Part shown: piece after piece, positions 41,673 to 49,352 of the stretch | Numbering within the stretch: position 1 is the first letter of the stretch | Layout of the letters: the number at the start of each line of letters is the position of its first letter | NCBI GenBank assembly: GCA_965116475.1 | Contig: OZ220691.1 | Location: 864,001 to 928,000, forward strand | Reading direction: 5' to 3' | Source: Gemmatimonadota bacterium | GTDB taxonomy: Bacteria > Gemmatimonadota > Gemmatimonadetes > Palauibacterales > Palauibacteraceae | DNA length: 64,000 bases | The notes under the pieces: model-generated | What the model saw: only the letters and a program-made list of their open reading frames with translations | The model's database searches: none | What the model was told of the DNA's origin: nothing | Translations under genes and position numbers: made by a program

Positions 41673-42794
41673 TCACGCGTCCGTCGCGCCCGCCGCGCCC
41701 GCCGCACGCAGGGCTCCGACGATCAATTCGCCCATCCGCGCCGTCGACACCGGCGGCCGGTCCCCGTCGGCGTGGAGATCCGCCGTGCCGTATCCGTCGT
41801 CGAGCACGCGGTTCACGGCGGCCCGCACGGCGTCCGCCTCCTCTGGCAGCGCGAACGCGAGTTCGAGCATCATGGCCACGGAGAGGATCGCGCCGATGGG
41901 GTTCGCGACCCCCCGCCCCGCGATGTCCGGCGCCGCGCCGTGAACGGGCTCGAAGAGGCCGATGTCGCCCCCCACGCTCGCCGACGGCAGCATGCCCAGG
42001 CTCCCGGCGAGCACCGCCGCCTCGTCGCTCAGAATGTCGCCGAACAGGTTGCTGGTCAGGAGGACGTCGAACTGGCGCGGATTGTGGATCAACTGCATCG
42101 CGCAGTTGTCCACGAGCATGCTGGAGAACTCGATGTCCGGATAGTCGCGGGATACTTCTTCGGCGATGCGGCGCCAGAAGATCGACGACTCCAGGACGTT
42201 CGCCTTGTCTATCGACGTCACCTTCCGCCGCCGCGCACGCGCGAGTTCGAACGCCGACACGGAGATCCGCCGGATTTCCTCCTCCGTATAGATCTCGGTA
42301 TCGAATGCGACGCCGTCCCCGATTCCGCGCGGATGTCCGTAGTAGATGCCCCCGAGCAGTTCGCGGACGACGACGAGGTCCACGCCGCGGACGCACTCGG
42401 GACGCAGCGGAGATCGGTCCACGAGCGCCTCGGGCACGGAGACGGGCCGGATGTTCGCATGGTTTTCAAGCAGGCGCCGCAGATCCAGCAGCCCCCGGGA
42501 GGCGTCGACCCGCGCCCCGTCCACGGAGCGCACCGAGAGGCCGACCGCTCCCACGAGCACGGCGTCGACCTCCACGGCAAGCGCCCGCGTTTCCTCCGGC
42601 AGAGGATCTCCGAACCGCTCGAGCGCGCCATCACCGATGGTGGCCTCAACGATGTCGAACCGGTGGCCGTGGATCTCGCCGACGGCCTCCAGCACGCGTC
42701 GCGCCTCGAGGAGGACCTCGGGGCCGATGCCGTCGCCGGGCAGAAAGAGGACGCGCCCGCCCACGGAGCGTCTACTTCCGCTCGCGTCTTGCAA
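41673..42794 (-). CDS. leuB: 3-isopropylmalate dehydrogenase-like beta-decarboxylating dehydrogenase
   Basis: LPGDGIGPEV, ANIRPV, RELLGGIYYG, DKANVL, NLFGDILSDEA, GSLGMLPSAS, EPVHGAAPDIAG. Start is uncertain. Confidence 0.85.
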   Translation of the reverse strand: MQDASGSRRSVGGRVLFLPGDGIGPEVLLEARRVLEAVGEIHGHRFDIVEATIGDGALERFGDPLPEETRALAVEVDAVLVGAVGLSVRSVDGARVDASRGLLDLRRLLENHANIRPVSVPEALVDRSPLRPECVRGVDLVVVRELLGGIYYGHPRGIGDGVAFDTEIYTEEEIRRISVSAFELARARRRKVTSIDKANVLESSIFWRRIAEEVSRDYPDIEFSSMLVDNCAMQLIHNPRQFDVLLTSNLFGDILSDEAAVLAGSLGMLPSASVGGDIGLFEPVHGAAPDIAGRGVANPIGAILSVAMMLELAFALPEEADAVRAAVNRVLDDGYGTADLHADGDRPPVSTARMGELIVGALRAAGAAGATDA

Positions 42795-43197
42795 GGTCGC
42801 GGGGAGTCAGGACGTGAGTACCCTCGGGAGGGTTGTCGACGAGAAGGCGGTCGCCTGTAACGAGCCGGCTGCCTGCACGGCTGGCAAGCAGGGCCCAGAG
42901 GTGGTTGTCGCGGGCGTCCGGCGCCCCGCCGCCGGCCGCGGGTTCGCACCATATCGCGTTTGCGGTCAGTTCGGTGAGGAGTCCGTCAATCTCCTGCTCA
43001 TTCAAGCCGTGCAGCCTCACGAGCGCGGGGCGGCGCAACACGGTCGCGTACTCCGCGATCAGATCCTCGGACATGAGATACAGGAGACCTCCATCGAGCA
43101 TGGCGTCCAGGATCTCCGCGGTGGGACTCGTCGCATCCGACGTGATCAGCGCCGAGACGACCACGTTGGTGTCCACAACGAATACAGCCGGGGTCAC
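42772..43197 (-). CDS. PIN-domain toxin (PIN_3 / VapC-like)
   Basis: FVVDTNVVVSAL, PDARDNHL, LVTGDRLL; GTG start at 43197. Confidence 0.85.
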   Translation of the reverse strand: MTPAVFVVDTNVVVSALITSDATSPTAEILDAMLDGGLLYLMSEDLIAEYATVLRRPALVRLHGLNEQEIDGLLTELTANAIWCEPAAGGGAPDARDNHLWALLASRAGSRLVTGDRLLVDNPPEGTHVLTPRDLARRERK

Positions 43198-43216
43198 GGC
43201 TCGAACCCGGCGCCCG

Positions 43217-43456
43217 CTACCGCCCCTCGCGGTGCAGCCCTGTCTCGCGGACCGCAACGGCCATGGCTTCGTCCGCTGCCAGTGCGGCGCGTCCACGGGC
43301 CTTGGCCACAATCTCCCTGGCCGTGTTGATCGGTCGGACGCCTCTCAACTCCAGGCTCTCCTCGATGATCGCACCCATCGAGCGACCCTGCCGAGCCGAC
43401 GCTTCCTTCAGGGCGCGATGCGTGCGGGCGCTCAGGCTGATGGTGAGTCGGGGCAT
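43217..43456 (-). CDS. Ribbon-helix-helix (CopG-like) putative antitoxin
   Basis: MPRLTISLSARTHRALKEASARQGRSMGAIIEESL, GAGGA RBS, position upstream of the PIN gene. Confidence 0.8.
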   Translation of the reverse strand: MPRLTISLSARTHRALKEASARQGRSMGAIIEESLELRGVRPINTAREIVAKARGRAALAADEAMAVAVRETGLHREGR

Positions 43457-43501
43457 GTCGTGCGTCCTCGCGCTGTCGGGCTCTCCAGGTGGCCGGATGT
43501 C

Positions 43502-43510
43502 ACCATAGCA
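43502..43510 (-). promoter_or_regulatory. Putative extended -10 promoter of the RHH-PIN operon
   Basis: Minus strand TGCTATGGT (TGn plus TAnnnT) about 45 nt upstream of the ATG. Confidence 0.4.
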
Positions 43511-43563
43511 CCAAAGCACCAGAAAGGGCAATGAGGCCGAGCGAGTGGCGCCGGGCCGACACG

Positions 43564-44352
43564 CTAGCCGAAGCCACCGCCGAATCGCTCCACGAACGTG
43601 CGCTCGCGGTCGGTGAGGGCGGACCACCCCGCGGCCCTGAGCTTGTCAGCGATGCGCTCGTATTCGGCCCGGTTCACGGGATGAAGGGTGCTCGGCTCGA
43701 TGCGGCCCCACTTCACGTTCAACTCCCGCTCTCCCATGCGGGCGCCGGGACTCTCGGCCTTCCTGCGGAACTGCGCCGCGGCGGAGCGCGTGGCCCGCCA
43801 CCTCAGGTAGAGCCAGCCGCCGAGAAACCCGCCCAGGTGCGCGAAGTGCGCCACGCCCCCGCCGACGCCGCCCAGGCCCAGCCACAGGGAGAGCAGGGTG
43901 AAAAAGATGACGAGGAAGCGGACCTGCACCGGGATGACGAACCAGATCATCACCCGATCGCGCGGCCAGTAGCGCGCGTAGCCGAAGAGCACGCCGTACA
44001 CGGCCGCCGAAGCGCCGACCATCGGCACGTAGAGGCTGCCCTGCGACATCGTGAGGACGGTCCAGAGGATGTGGACGAGGGCTCCCACGAGCCCGGCCAG
44101 CAGGTACATCCTGAGGAAACTCTTCGACCCGAGCAGCGCTTCGAGCTTCGGCCCGAAGAAGAAGAGCGCGAGCATGTTGAAGAAGATGTGGGACACGCCG
44201 CCGTGCAGGAACTGGTAGGTGAGGAGCGTCCACGGCCGCGTCAGGACCTGGGCCGGGACGAGCCACAACTCCGACATCATGGCCGGATTCATGCGCGTGA
44301 ACACGTAGGCGACGACGTTGATCAGGAGGAGCTGGCCGACGACGCGGGTCAT
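43564..44352 (-). CDS. Rhomboid-family intramembrane serine protease with DUF6576-like tail
   Basis: PWTLLTYQFLH, HIFFNML, GASAA (catalytic Ser), AHFAHLGG (His); ATGA overlap. Confidence 0.9.
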   Translation of the reverse strand: MTRVVGQLLLINVVAYVFTRMNPAMMSELWLVPAQVLTRPWTLLTYQFLHGGVSHIFFNMLALFFFGPKLEALLGSKSFLRMYLLAGLVGALVHILWTVLTMSQGSLYVPMVGASAAVYGVLFGYARYWPRDRVMIWFVIPVQVRFLVIFFTLLSLWLGLGGVGGGVAHFAHLGGFLGGWLYLRWRATRSAAAQFRRKAESPGARMGERELNVKWGRIEPSTLHPVNRAEYERIADKLRAAGWSALTDRERTFVERFGGGFG

Positions 44353-45050
44353 GCCGTCATCATCTCCGTGAACTGTCCGGCCAGCGCGGGTCCGACGCCG
44401 GCGTCTTCGTGCTTGAAGAAGGCGTAGACCCGGTCCCACCCCGACGCGCGCAGCCGCGCGGCCCAGGCCTCCAGCTCCTCCGTGGAGTACGCGCTGCGGC
44501 GCAGCCGGAGGTAACTCCAGTCCGCCGTCTCGACGAGGGGCGCATCGTCTCCGTCGTCCGTCTCCGCGAGGCAGAGGGCGGAGTTCCGGGCGCGGAGGAT
44601 GTCGAACACCGCCTCGTCGAACCACGAGGCGTGCCGAAACTCGAAGGCCGAGGTGCCGGGGTTCGGAAGCTGGTCCACGAAACGCGCGAGCCGTTCATCG
44701 TCCCGTTTGAAGTTCGGTGGAAGCTGGTACAGGATGACGCCGGCGCGATCCGCCATCACCGACGCCGTCTGCACAAGATACTCCGTCTCCTCCTCCGCGT
44801 TCTGCAACCGCTTGAAGTGCGTGATGCGGCGCGACGCCTTGAGCGCGAAGCGGAAGCCGTCGGGCACGGCCCCGGCCCAGTTCTCGAGCACGCTCTCGCG
44901 CGGCATGCGGTAGAAGGTGTTGTTGATCTCGACGGCGCGAAGCCGGCTGCCGTAGAAGGACAACATCTCCCTGTTGGGGAGATCCTCCGGATAGAAGCTG
45001 CCTTTCCACGCGGGATAGCTGTAGCCGCTCGTGCCGATCCAGACCTGCAT
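44349..45050 (-). CDS. DUF72 (YecE-like) protein
   Basis: IGTSGYSYPAWKGSFYP, VEINNTFY, KASRRITH, QLPPNF, EFRHASW, YLRLR. Confidence 0.92.
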   Translation of the reverse strand: MQVWIGTSGYSYPAWKGSFYPEDLPNREMLSFYGSRLRAVEINNTFYRMPRESVLENWAGAVPDGFRFALKASRRITHFKRLQNAEEETEYLVQTASVMADRAGVILYQLPPNFKRDDERLARFVDQLPNPGTSAFEFRHASWFDEAVFDILRARNSALCLAETDDGDDAPLVETADWSYLRLRRSAYSTEELEAWAARLRASGWDRVYAFFKHEDAGVGPALAGQFTEMMTA

Positions 45051-45127
45051 GGCCGGGATGATACGGTCCCGCGGCCGGTGGGCCAACGCACCGCGGTGGC
45101 GCCCGCGTTGTACATTGGCCGCCGGCG

Positions 45128-45190
45128 ACTTCGGTTGCGAAGCGACGGATTCCGATCGTGAAGCGACGTACTTCGGCCGCGAAGCGGCCT
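45128..45190. repeat. Three imperfect tandem 21-bp repeats; units 1 and 3 contain CTTCG-N4-CGAAG palindromes
   Basis: ACTTCGGTTGCGAAGCGACGG / ATTCCGATCGTGAAGCGACGT / ACTTCGGCCGCGAAGCGGCCT. Confidence 0.8.
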
Positions 45191-45212
45191 GCGAGAAACG
45201 AGGGGACGGATC

Positions 45213-46364
45213 GTGGCGAGTGGAGATGGGACGCACGGGGGCGGCACGCTCCTGCTGGGCACGACGAAAGGCGCCTTCCTGGCGCGGCCGCGCGGCGGGG
45301 GCGGAGCGGTCGACGGCGGTGGAAACGGCGACGGGGACGGCGGGGGGTGGGAGCTGGACGGCCCCCACTTCCCGGGGGAAGAGGTCTACGCGATGGCGTA
45401 CGACGACCGGGCCGGCCGGTCGCGCCTGTGGGCGGCGCCGCACAGTCCCTTCTGGGGGACGACGCTGCGCTTCTCGGACGACTTCGGGGCAAGCTGGTCC
45501 GGGAAGGCGGAGCGTCCGGTGCGGTTTCCCGAGGATTCCGGCCTGTCCCTCAAGCGCATCTGGCAGATCCAGCCGGGGTCGGCCCGCGAACCGGATGTGA
45601 TCCGGCTGGGCGTGGAGCCCGCCTGCCTGTTCATCTCGCACGACGCGGGGGAGAAGTGGGAGGCGGTGGACGGGCTGCTGAACCACCCGCACCGCGAGCG
45701 GTGGCAGCCGGGGGCCGGCGGGCTCTGCCTGCATACCATCGTCACGGACGGCGAGCCGGGCGGGCGCGCGACGATCGCCATCTCCGCCGCGGGGGCGTAC
45801 CGCAGCGACGATGGCGGGGCGAGCTGGGCGGCGCGCAACAAGGGGGTGCGCGCGGAGTTCCTGCCGGACAAGCACCCGGAGTTCGGCCAGTGCGTGCACA
45901 AGATCGTGCACCACCCGTCGAACCCGGACCGGCTCTTCCTGCAGAACCACTGGGGACTGTACCGCAGCGACGACTGGGGCGATTCGTGGACGGACATCGC
46001 CAACGGCGTCCCGTCCGACTTCGGCTTCGCGATGGCGATGCACCCGGCCGACGCCGACACGGTCTACATCGTCCCGCTCGAATCGGACGGCTTCCGTTGT
46101 ACGCCCGAGGCGAAGCTGCGCGTCTACCGGACCCGGGACGGCGGCGCGAGCTGGGAGGCGCTGACCGAAGGACTTCCGCAGCGGAACGCGTACGAAACCG
46201 TGCTGCGCGACGCGCTCGCCACGCTGGCCCCCGGGCAGGTGTTCTTCGGCACCCGCAGCGGCAAGGTGTACGCCTCCCGCGACGACGGGACGACGTGGGG
46301 GCTGGTGTGCGAGGGCCTCCCGCCGGTGGTCTGCGTGAAGGCCTGCGCCCCCCGGCCCGCCTGA
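45213..46364 (+). CDS. Cytoplasmic BNR/Asp-box beta-propeller protein (sialidase-like fold)
   Basis: LLLGTTKGAF, repeated SDDxGxSW, QNHWGLYRSDD, PSDFGF; no signal peptide. Confidence 0.85.
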   Translation: MASGDGTHGGGTLLLGTTKGAFLARPRGGGGAVDGGGNGDGDGGGWELDGPHFPGEEVYAMAYDDRAGRSRLWAAPHSPFWGTTLRFSDDFGASWSGKAERPVRFPEDSGLSLKRIWQIQPGSAREPDVIRLGVEPACLFISHDAGEKWEAVDGLLNHPHRERWQPGAGGLCLHTIVTDGEPGGRATIAISAAGAYRSDDGGASWAARNKGVRAEFLPDKHPEFGQCVHKIVHHPSNPDRLFLQNHWGLYRSDDWGDSWTDIANGVPSDFGFAMAMHPADADTVYIVPLESDGFRCTPEAKLRVYRTRDGGASWEALTEGLPQRNAYETVLRDALATLAPGQVFFGTRSGKVYASRDDGTTWGLVCEGLPPVVCVKACAPRPA

Positions 46365-46669
46365 TGCCCGCCGGGACGGCTGCCACCGGCCTGGTGCGCG
46401 TGACGCTGCCGGCCGCGCTGACGGAGTTCACGGGCGGGCGGTCCTCGGTCGACGTCCCCGGCGCACCCGCCCCGGTCGGCGACATCCTGGCCGCACTCGG
46501 GGCCGCCCACCCCGGCGTCCGCGACCGCCTGATCACGGAGCGGGGCCGCCTGCGGCCTCACGTGAACATCTTCGTGGACGGCGAGAACATCCGCTTCCTC
46601 AGCGGCCTCGACACCCCCGCCAAGGACGGCGCCGAAGTCGTCGTCCTCCCCGCCATAAGCGGCGGCTGA
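46364..46669 (+). CDS. MoaD/ThiS-family ubiquitin-like protein
   Basis: VRVTLPAAL, LRPHVNIFVDGENIR, C-terminal LPAISGG; TGATG overlap. Confidence 0.92.
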   Translation: MPAGTAATGLVRVTLPAALTEFTGGRSSVDVPGAPAPVGDILAALGAAHPGVRDRLITERGRLRPHVNIFVDGENIRFLSGLDTPAKDGAEVVVLPAISGG

Positions 46670-46687
46670 CTACCGGCCGCGCCGAGC

Positions 46688-46933
46688 TTACCGATCGGCG
46701 TCGAACAGGGACTCGATCTCCCTCGCACCCATGCGGTCGAAGTCCGGCGGGACGGAGATTTGGCTGACCATGAATCCGGTCCGGCGAGCTGCGGCGGGTT
46801 CTGGCGTGTCAATCGACACCACCTCGACCAATGGCTCGCCGTCCCGCGTGATGACGAACGGGTCGCCGTCCACCGCCTCCTGAACGAGGCGGGAGAGGTG
46901 CTTCCGGGCTTCATGGATTTCGACCGTGCGCAT
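46688..46933 (-). CDS. Phd/YefM-family antitoxin (no adjacent toxin)
   Basis: MRTVEIHEARKHLSRLVQEAVDGDPFVITRDGEPLVEV; GGAGGGG RBS. Confidence 0.85.
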   Translation of the reverse strand: MRTVEIHEARKHLSRLVQEAVDGDPFVITRDGEPLVEVVSIDTPEPAAARRTGFMVSQISVPPDFDRMGAREIESLFDADR

Positions 46934-47111
46934 CGATCCCCTCCGGGCTTGCCTGATACCGAATCATACAGAGGCGTGCGGACCGGACCAAACGGCATCG
47001 TCAGGGTGAGCGGCAACGTCCCGAAGGACTTAGTTTCGAGCAAACCGAGGGGAACACCCCCCTAAACCGATCACGGCCCCGCTCGACACCCGTCGATGAG
47101 GTGGAGATCTC

Positions 47112-47315
47112 ATGAAACTCAAGATCGTCGTTCACCAGGCGGAGGAGGGCGGCTACTGGGCGGAAGTACCCGCCATCGCCGGATGCGTATCCCAGGGCGA
47201 GTCGTTCGACGAGTTGCTGCGAAACGTCCGCGAGGCGATTGAGGGTTGCCTGTCCGTAGACTTACTCGACATCCCCGTCTCGGACACAGACAGGGTTGTC
47301 GAGATTGCCGTGTGA
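47112..47315 (+). CDS. hicB: HicB-family antitoxin (short form)
   Basis: EEGGYWAEVPAIAGCVSQGESFDELLRNVREAIEG. Confidence 0.9.
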   Translation: MKLKIVVHQAEEGGYWAEVPAIAGCVSQGESFDELLRNVREAIEGCLSVDLLDIPVSDTDRVVEIAV

Positions 47316-47518
47316 AGACCCTCAGCGGTAAGGACTTTTGCAGACTGCTCGAGGCTCACGGATGGCGGCTGAGGCGGGTCAGGGGCAGTCATCACATCTA
47401 CACGAAGGAGGGCGTTGCCGCCCGAGTCTCAGTCCCCGTCCACGGCAACGCCGACCTCAAGCGAGGGTTGCAAAGACACCTAATGAAGATCGCCGAAATC
47501 GATGAGTCGAATCGATAG
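47312..47518 (+). CDS. hicA: HicA-family toxin
   Basis: LEAHGWRLRRVRGSHHIY...SVPVHGNADLKRG; GTGA overlap. Confidence 0.92.
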   Translation: MKTLSGKDFCRLLEAHGWRLRRVRGSHHIYTKEGVAARVSVPVHGNADLKRGLQRHLMKIAEIDESNR

Positions 47519-47547
47519 GCGCGGATGGTAGCCAAGCCTTCGTTGCG

Positions 47548-48555
47548 TCACTTCCCGGTGTCGAGGAGGACTTTGCCGAAGGAACGGTTGGACTCGACGT
47601 AGCGGTGGGCTTCGGCGGCTTCGGCGAGGGGGAAGACGCGATCGATGACCGGGCGCAGGTGGGACGGGTCGGCGGCCTGGGCCGTGAAGCCGGGGAGGAA
47701 GCGGGTCGCGAACATCTCCGTGAGGTGCGCCTTTTCCGCTTTCGAGCGCGCGCGGAGGACGGTGCCGACGACGGTCGCGCGCTTCCCCATGAGGGTGCGC
47801 AGGTTGGCCTCGACCTTCATGCCGCCCATGACGCCGACGATGACGAGGCGGCCGAGGGTCGCGAGGCTGGCCATGTTCGCCTCCCAGTACGGGGCGCCGA
47901 CGGTGTCGAGGATGACGTCGGCGCCGGCCCCGGCGGTGTGCTCTGCGACCGCGTCGGCGAAGGAGCCGGCCCGGCGGTCGACGGCGAGGTCGTGCGGCAG
48001 TCCGGCTTCGCGGATGCGGTCGAGCTTGGCCGCCGACGCCGTAGCGATGATCGCGCCCGCCCCGCTCGCGCGCGCCAGTTGCAGGGCGGCGGTCCCGACG
48101 CCGCCGCCGGCCGTGTGTACGAGCACGGTCTCGCCGGGGCGCAGACGGCCGCGCTCGATGAGGGCGTCCGCCGCGGTGAGGAAGACCTCGGGGATCGCTC
48201 CGGCCTCGGTCCAGTTAAGCGTCGGCGGGACGGGCAGGAGTTGCCCGGCCGGGACCGTTACCCGCTCGGCGTATCCGCCGCCGCCCAGGATGCCCATCGC
48301 GCGGTCGCCCTCGGACCAGCCCGTGACGCCGGGCCCGACTGCCTCGATTTCGCCGGCGAACTCGAGCCCCGGGATGTCCGGCGGGGCGTCCGCCGGCGCC
48401 GGATAGCGCCCCAGCCGCTGCAGGAGATCGGCCCGGTTGATCCCCGCGCAGCGTACGCGCACCCGGACCTCGCCGGCCCCGGCGGCCGGGTCGTCCCGCT
48501 CGACGAGTTCGAGGACGTCCGGGCCGCCGGGCTCCCGGATGCGGACCGCCTTCAT
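47548..48555 (-). CDS. NAD(P)H-quinone oxidoreductase (PIG3/zeta-crystallin family)
   Basis: GINRADLLQRLG, IPGLEFAG, GGGYAE, HTAGGGVGTAA, GTVLRAR, FGKVLL. Confidence 0.92.
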   Translation of the reverse strand: MKAVRIREPGGPDVLELVERDDPAAGAGEVRVRVRCAGINRADLLQRLGRYPAPADAPPDIPGLEFAGEIEAVGPGVTGWSEGDRAMGILGGGGYAERVTVPAGQLLPVPPTLNWTEAGAIPEVFLTAADALIERGRLRPGETVLVHTAGGGVGTAALQLARASGAGAIIATASAAKLDRIREAGLPHDLAVDRRAGSFADAVAEHTAGAGADVILDTVGAPYWEANMASLATLGRLVIVGVMGGMKVEANLRTLMGKRATVVGTVLRARSKAEKAHLTEMFATRFLPGFTAQAADPSHLRPVIDRVFPLAEAAEAHRYVESNRSFGKVLLDTGK

Positions 48556-49307
48556 GCGCCGACCGCCCCGAAGGCGCGCCGTGCGGCCTCGAGCCGCTCG
48601 GGCGTCCCGATGTCGTACCACGCCGCGCCCGTCGCGTCGAACACCCCGACGTGCTCCCCGTCCCCGATCCAGTCCATGTACGAATCCATGATCGAAAAGA
48701 CGCCTCCTTCCGCGTAGCGTTCGAACACGCGCGGCGAGATCGCGTGGATGCCGCAGAAGCCGTATTCCCCGGCCTCGTCCGCGCTCGCCGGCTCGCGCGC
48801 GACGACTTCCCAGCCCTCCGTCCGGTTCGCGCGCCCGTACACGCCCCGGCCATCCACGAGGAGGGGCCGCGACGTCTCCCGCTCGGCGATCGCGAGCGTG
48901 GCCAGCCGCCCGTCCCGCGCCTCCCCCTCCAGGTGCGCGCGATACAGCGCGGCGAGGTCGACCTCGGTCACGACATCGCAGTTGTGGAGCAGGAAGGGTT
49001 CCCGCGCCTCGAACAGCGACCGCGCGTGGAAGAGCCCGCCGCTCGTGTCCAGGGGAGCCGGCGACTCCTCGTCTTCCCGCGACACGACCACCGGCACGCC
49101 CGGCGACGACGCTTCGGCCCACGCCGCCACCTGCCCGGCGAGATAGTGCGCGTTCACGATCAGGCGGTGCGCGCCCGCCGCGACGAGGTTCGCGGCGACG
49201 CGCTCCAGGAGCGGGACGCCGCCGAAGTCGACGAGCGCCTTGGGGGTCGCATCGGTCAGCGGCCGCAGGCGGCGTCCCCGGCCCGCCGCAAAGATCATCG
49301 CCTCCAC
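48552..49307 (-). CDS. MurU-like sugar-1-phosphate nucleotidyltransferase
   Basis: AMIFAAGRGRRLRPLTDATPKAL, VNAHYL, LDTSGG, HNCD, WYDIGTPERL. Confidence 0.85.
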   Translation of the reverse strand: MEAMIFAAGRGRRLRPLTDATPKALVDFGGVPLLERVAANLVAAGAHRLIVNAHYLAGQVAAWAEASSPGVPVVVSREDEESPAPLDTSGGLFHARSLFEAREPFLLHNCDVVTEVDLAALYRAHLEGEARDGRLATLAIAERETSRPLLVDGRGVYGRANRTEGWEVVAREPASADEAGEYGFCGIHAISPRVFERYAEGGVFSIMDSYMDWIGDGEHVGVFDATGAAWYDIGTPERLEAARRAFGAVGA

Positions 49308-49352
49308 GCGTCCGTCCCCGCCCTCCGGTTCAACTCGTCCGTGGCCACGGGC

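Noticed and set aside
45128-45190. The 21-bp repeats as a mini-CRISPR
   Set aside because: Units are contiguous with no spacers, and there are no cas genes.
45158-46363. 503-aa ORF ending in the Ubl, suggesting a large Ubl fusion
   Set aside because: The upstream part is an alternative frame of the propeller gene; the TGATG overlap defines the start at 46364.
46364-46669. Calling the Ubl thiS because thiC is nearby
   Set aside because: It is about 5 kb away, on the other strand, outside riboswitch control, and MoaD/CysO-like in length; there is no thiG or thiF.
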